A stretch of DNA of 64,000 bases from Patescibacteria group bacterium (lineage in GTDB: Bacteria > Patescibacteriota > Patescibacteriia > Patescibacteriales > UBA12465), in NCBI GenBank assembly GCA_028705215.1, contig JAQWDY010000001.1, forward strand, positions 32,785 through 96,784, in the 5' to 3' direction. The number at the start of each line of letters is the position of its first letter. Within the stretch, counting starts at the first letter, position 1. A model generated the notes under the pieces. It had not been told where the DNA came from. It ran no database searches and worked only from the letters and a program-made list of their open reading frames with translations. The translations under genes were made by a program, and so were the position numbers. This document shows, piece by piece, positions 61,747-64,000 of this stretch.

Positions 61747-62070
61747 GTGTTAATTTTAAGGTTCGTATTACATTATGGTATTCATTTATTGCTCCCAGGC
61801 GTTTTTGCATGGGTCTTTTTTAAAAATAGATGGAAGCAAGCCTGGCTATTAATGTTGGGCACAATGATTATTGATATTGATCATTTGTTAGCAATTCCAA
61901 TATTTGATGCAAATAGATGTAGTCTTGGCTTTCACCCTCTTCATACTTGGCCTTTTATAATTTTATATTTTTCTTTTCTATTTATACCAAATATTTATGT
62001 TCGAATTATAGGTTTAGGCCTTGTTATCCATATGTTTGCCGACTTAATTGATTGTTTGTTTATATTATAA
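61747..62070 (+). CDS. DUF6122-family membrane protein
   Basis: HYGIHLLLP, TMIIDIDHLLA.PIFDANRCSLGFHPLH, IHMFADLIDC. Start set at GTG 61747, past the tRNA. Confidence 0.8.
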   Translation: MLILRFVLHYGIHLLLPGVFAWVFFKNRWKQAWLLMLGTMIIDIDHLLAIPIFDANRCSLGFHPLHTWPFIILYFSFLFIPNIYVRIIGLGLVIHMFADLIDCLFIL

Positions 62071-62529
62071 ATTAATTACATGTGTATAATTAAAAATGTT
62101 CCTTGAGGAACATTTTTTTATTTGGAATAATAAAAAAGAAAAATTATTAATTAACTGCTTTGAGATATAAAAATTTGATTATAGATTTAAAATATTATTT
62201 AAATTGTAAATCTGTGGATTATTTAGATATTTTAAACAAATTAACTTAAACTTTATATATTCTTTATAATAATTTTATATAATCTTTAAAATGAAAAATA
62301 TGGGGTTTAGTCTACATTAATGTGGACTTTAATAAATAAATTATGCTAATATTAGCGAAATATAATTATTGTAATTTATTTTAAATATTTTGCTAGCATT
62401 AGCGTTTTATTTTATATCATAAAATCGTATTAAATATAAAAAAATAAAAAATAATAACTTGAATACTGCCTATTATTGTTGTATAATTAAAAAATCAAAC
62501 TTAAGAAATATTTAATAAATATAAAATTT

Positions 62530-63447
62530 ATGTACGACCTTATAATCATTGGGTCTGGCCCAGCGGGAATGACGGCTGGCATGTATGCGGTCAGAAGAGA
62601 GATGAAAACTTTAATAATAGGTAAGGAACTAGGGGGTCAGTTAGTGTGGGCAAGTGAAATTGAAAATTATCCTGGTTTTGAAAGTATAAAAAGTTTCGAA
62701 TTAATTAGTCGAATAAAAAATCAGGCCCAAAAAATTGGAGTTGAGTTTAAAGATGCTGAAGTAAAAAAAATTGAACGCGACTTAAATGATGGGTCTTTTC
62801 GTGTTTTCACAACAAGAGATGAATATAGGGCAAAAACTATTATAGTTACCATGGGCTTGGCTCCTCGTCGCCTTGCTGTGCCTGGCGAAGTTGAATTATC
62901 TGGTCGCGGAGTTTCCTATTGCGCTAATTGTGATGGACCTTTTTATAGAGATAGAAAAGTAGCTATTATAGGTGGTGGTAATTCAGCTCTTGATGCAGCC
63001 GAATACATGTCTAAAGTTGCTAGCGAGGTTTACCTAGTACATCGAAGCGAGTCTTTTCGCGCTTTTGATATTTTAGTAAGCGAAGTAATGAAAAAGAAAA
63101 ATATTAATATTTATACAAATACTGAAGTAAGACATATCGTGGGCGAGGACAAGGTGGAGAAAATAATTATTTTTGATAAAAGTGAAAACAAAGAAAGAGA
63201 GATAGCGGTTGATGGCGTCTTTATTGAAATAGGTCGTATTGCCAGCACCGATTTATTAGCAGATTTTGTTGAAAGAGATGAAAAGGCGCAAATTATAGCT
63301 AAGGCAAATATGGAAACTAAAACGCCTGGCATTTTTGCCGCAGGGGATGTTGTCTCTTGTGAATTTAAGCAAATAACAATTGCTATGGGTCAAGCTACGA
63401 TTGCGGCTTTAAGCGCCTATCAATATATTCAAATGAATGAAAAATAA
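62530..63447 (+). CDS. trxB: Thioredoxin reductase
   Basis: IIGSGPAG, IENYPG, GVSYCANCDG, GGGNSA, GIFAAGD. Confidence 0.95.
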   Translation: MYDLIIIGSGPAGMTAGMYAVRREMKTLIIGKELGGQLVWASEIENYPGFESIKSFELISRIKNQAQKIGVEFKDAEVKKIERDLNDGSFRVFTTRDEYRAKTIIVTMGLAPRRLAVPGEVELSGRGVSYCANCDGPFYRDRKVAIIGGGNSALDAAEYMSKVASEVYLVHRSESFRAFDILVSEVMKKKNINIYTNTEVRHIVGEDKVEKIIIFDKSENKEREIAVDGVFIEIGRIASTDLLADFVERDEKAQIIAKANMETKTPGIFAAGDVVSCEFKQITIAMGQATIAALSAYQYIQMNEK

Positions 63448-63550
63448 TAAATTCATCTATTTAAAAGTAGCAAAGTCTGTTATTAATTTTTTTATAGGAA
63501 AATAAAAAAAATATTGTTATAATAGAATTATAAATAGTAACTAGAATTCT

Positions 63551-64000
63551 ATGATGAATAAAAAAATGATTAATTTAGTATCGGCTGATATGGGCTATGG
63601 TCATCAAAGGGCCGCCTATCCCCTTCTTGGTTTAAGCGCTGGCGAAATGATAACGGTTAATAATTATAATGGTATTCCTGAATGGGAAAAAAATTATTGG
63701 ATTAATAATTTAAAATCATACGAAAAAATTTCTCGTTTTAAAAAAGTGCCAATAGTTGGCAAGGGAATTTTTGCTACAATGGATTATCTGCAAAGAATTA
63801 AACCCTTTTACCCTTTTCGTGATTTATCAAAACCAACTCTACAGCAAAAATATTTTTATAAATTAATAAGAAAGGGCTTAGGCAAAGATTTAATTGAAAA
63901 GCTGGGAAAGTCAAAATTACCTTTAATAACAACTTTTTTTGTTGGCATGTATATGGCAGAAGAGCATAACTATCTTGGTGATATTTATGCTGTTGTTTGT
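63551..64000 (+). CDS. Partial CDS, glycosyltransferase-like (MGDG-synthase-like N-terminus)
   Basis: MMNKKMINLVSADMGYGHQRAAYPL..., appears open to the window end; absent from the ORF track. Confidence 0.7.
   Translation, partial: MMNKKMINLVSADMGYGHQRAAYPLLGLSAGEMITVNNYNGIPEWEKNYWINNLKSYEKISRFKKVPIVGKGIFATMDYLQRIKPFYPFRDLSKPTLQQKYFYKLIRKGLGKDLIEKLGKSKLPLITTFFVGMYMAEEHNYLGDIYAVVC

Noticed and set aside
62323-62352. Possible dif site (…TTATGCTAATA)
   Set aside because: Only a partial XerD-like half, no convincing XerC half or 6-bp spacer, and it is only about 30 kb from oriC.

Overview
AT-rich, mostly housekeeping chromosome segment of a Patescibacteria/CPR bacterium (Parcubacteria-like, inferred from 16S signatures and gene content; standard genetic code). 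It spans the replication-origin region (dnaN-oriC-dnaA / rpmH-rnpA-yidD-yidC), a stand-alone 16S rRNA gene, tmRNA/smpB, ten tRNAs, and translation, cell-wall and redox genes. The most notable structure is a tandem pair of tiny integrase-less single-gene units (832 and 637 bp) at the 3' end of tRNA-His. They share near-identical left and right arms and a 7-bp CACCCCA core, and look like a tRNA-anchored gene-cassette array. Also notable: an Elp3 plus Trm9/ALKBH8-like pair (eukaryote/archaea-type U34 modification) in one co-directional gene run, a tRNA-Ile with a UAU anticodon, an unannotated promoter-driven rod-shaped RNA of about 130 nt after rnj, a structured rpsA leader, and a His-less CsoR-family regulator with its operator upstream of trxA. 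All calls come from reading the sequence and recalled family motifs; no database searches were run.
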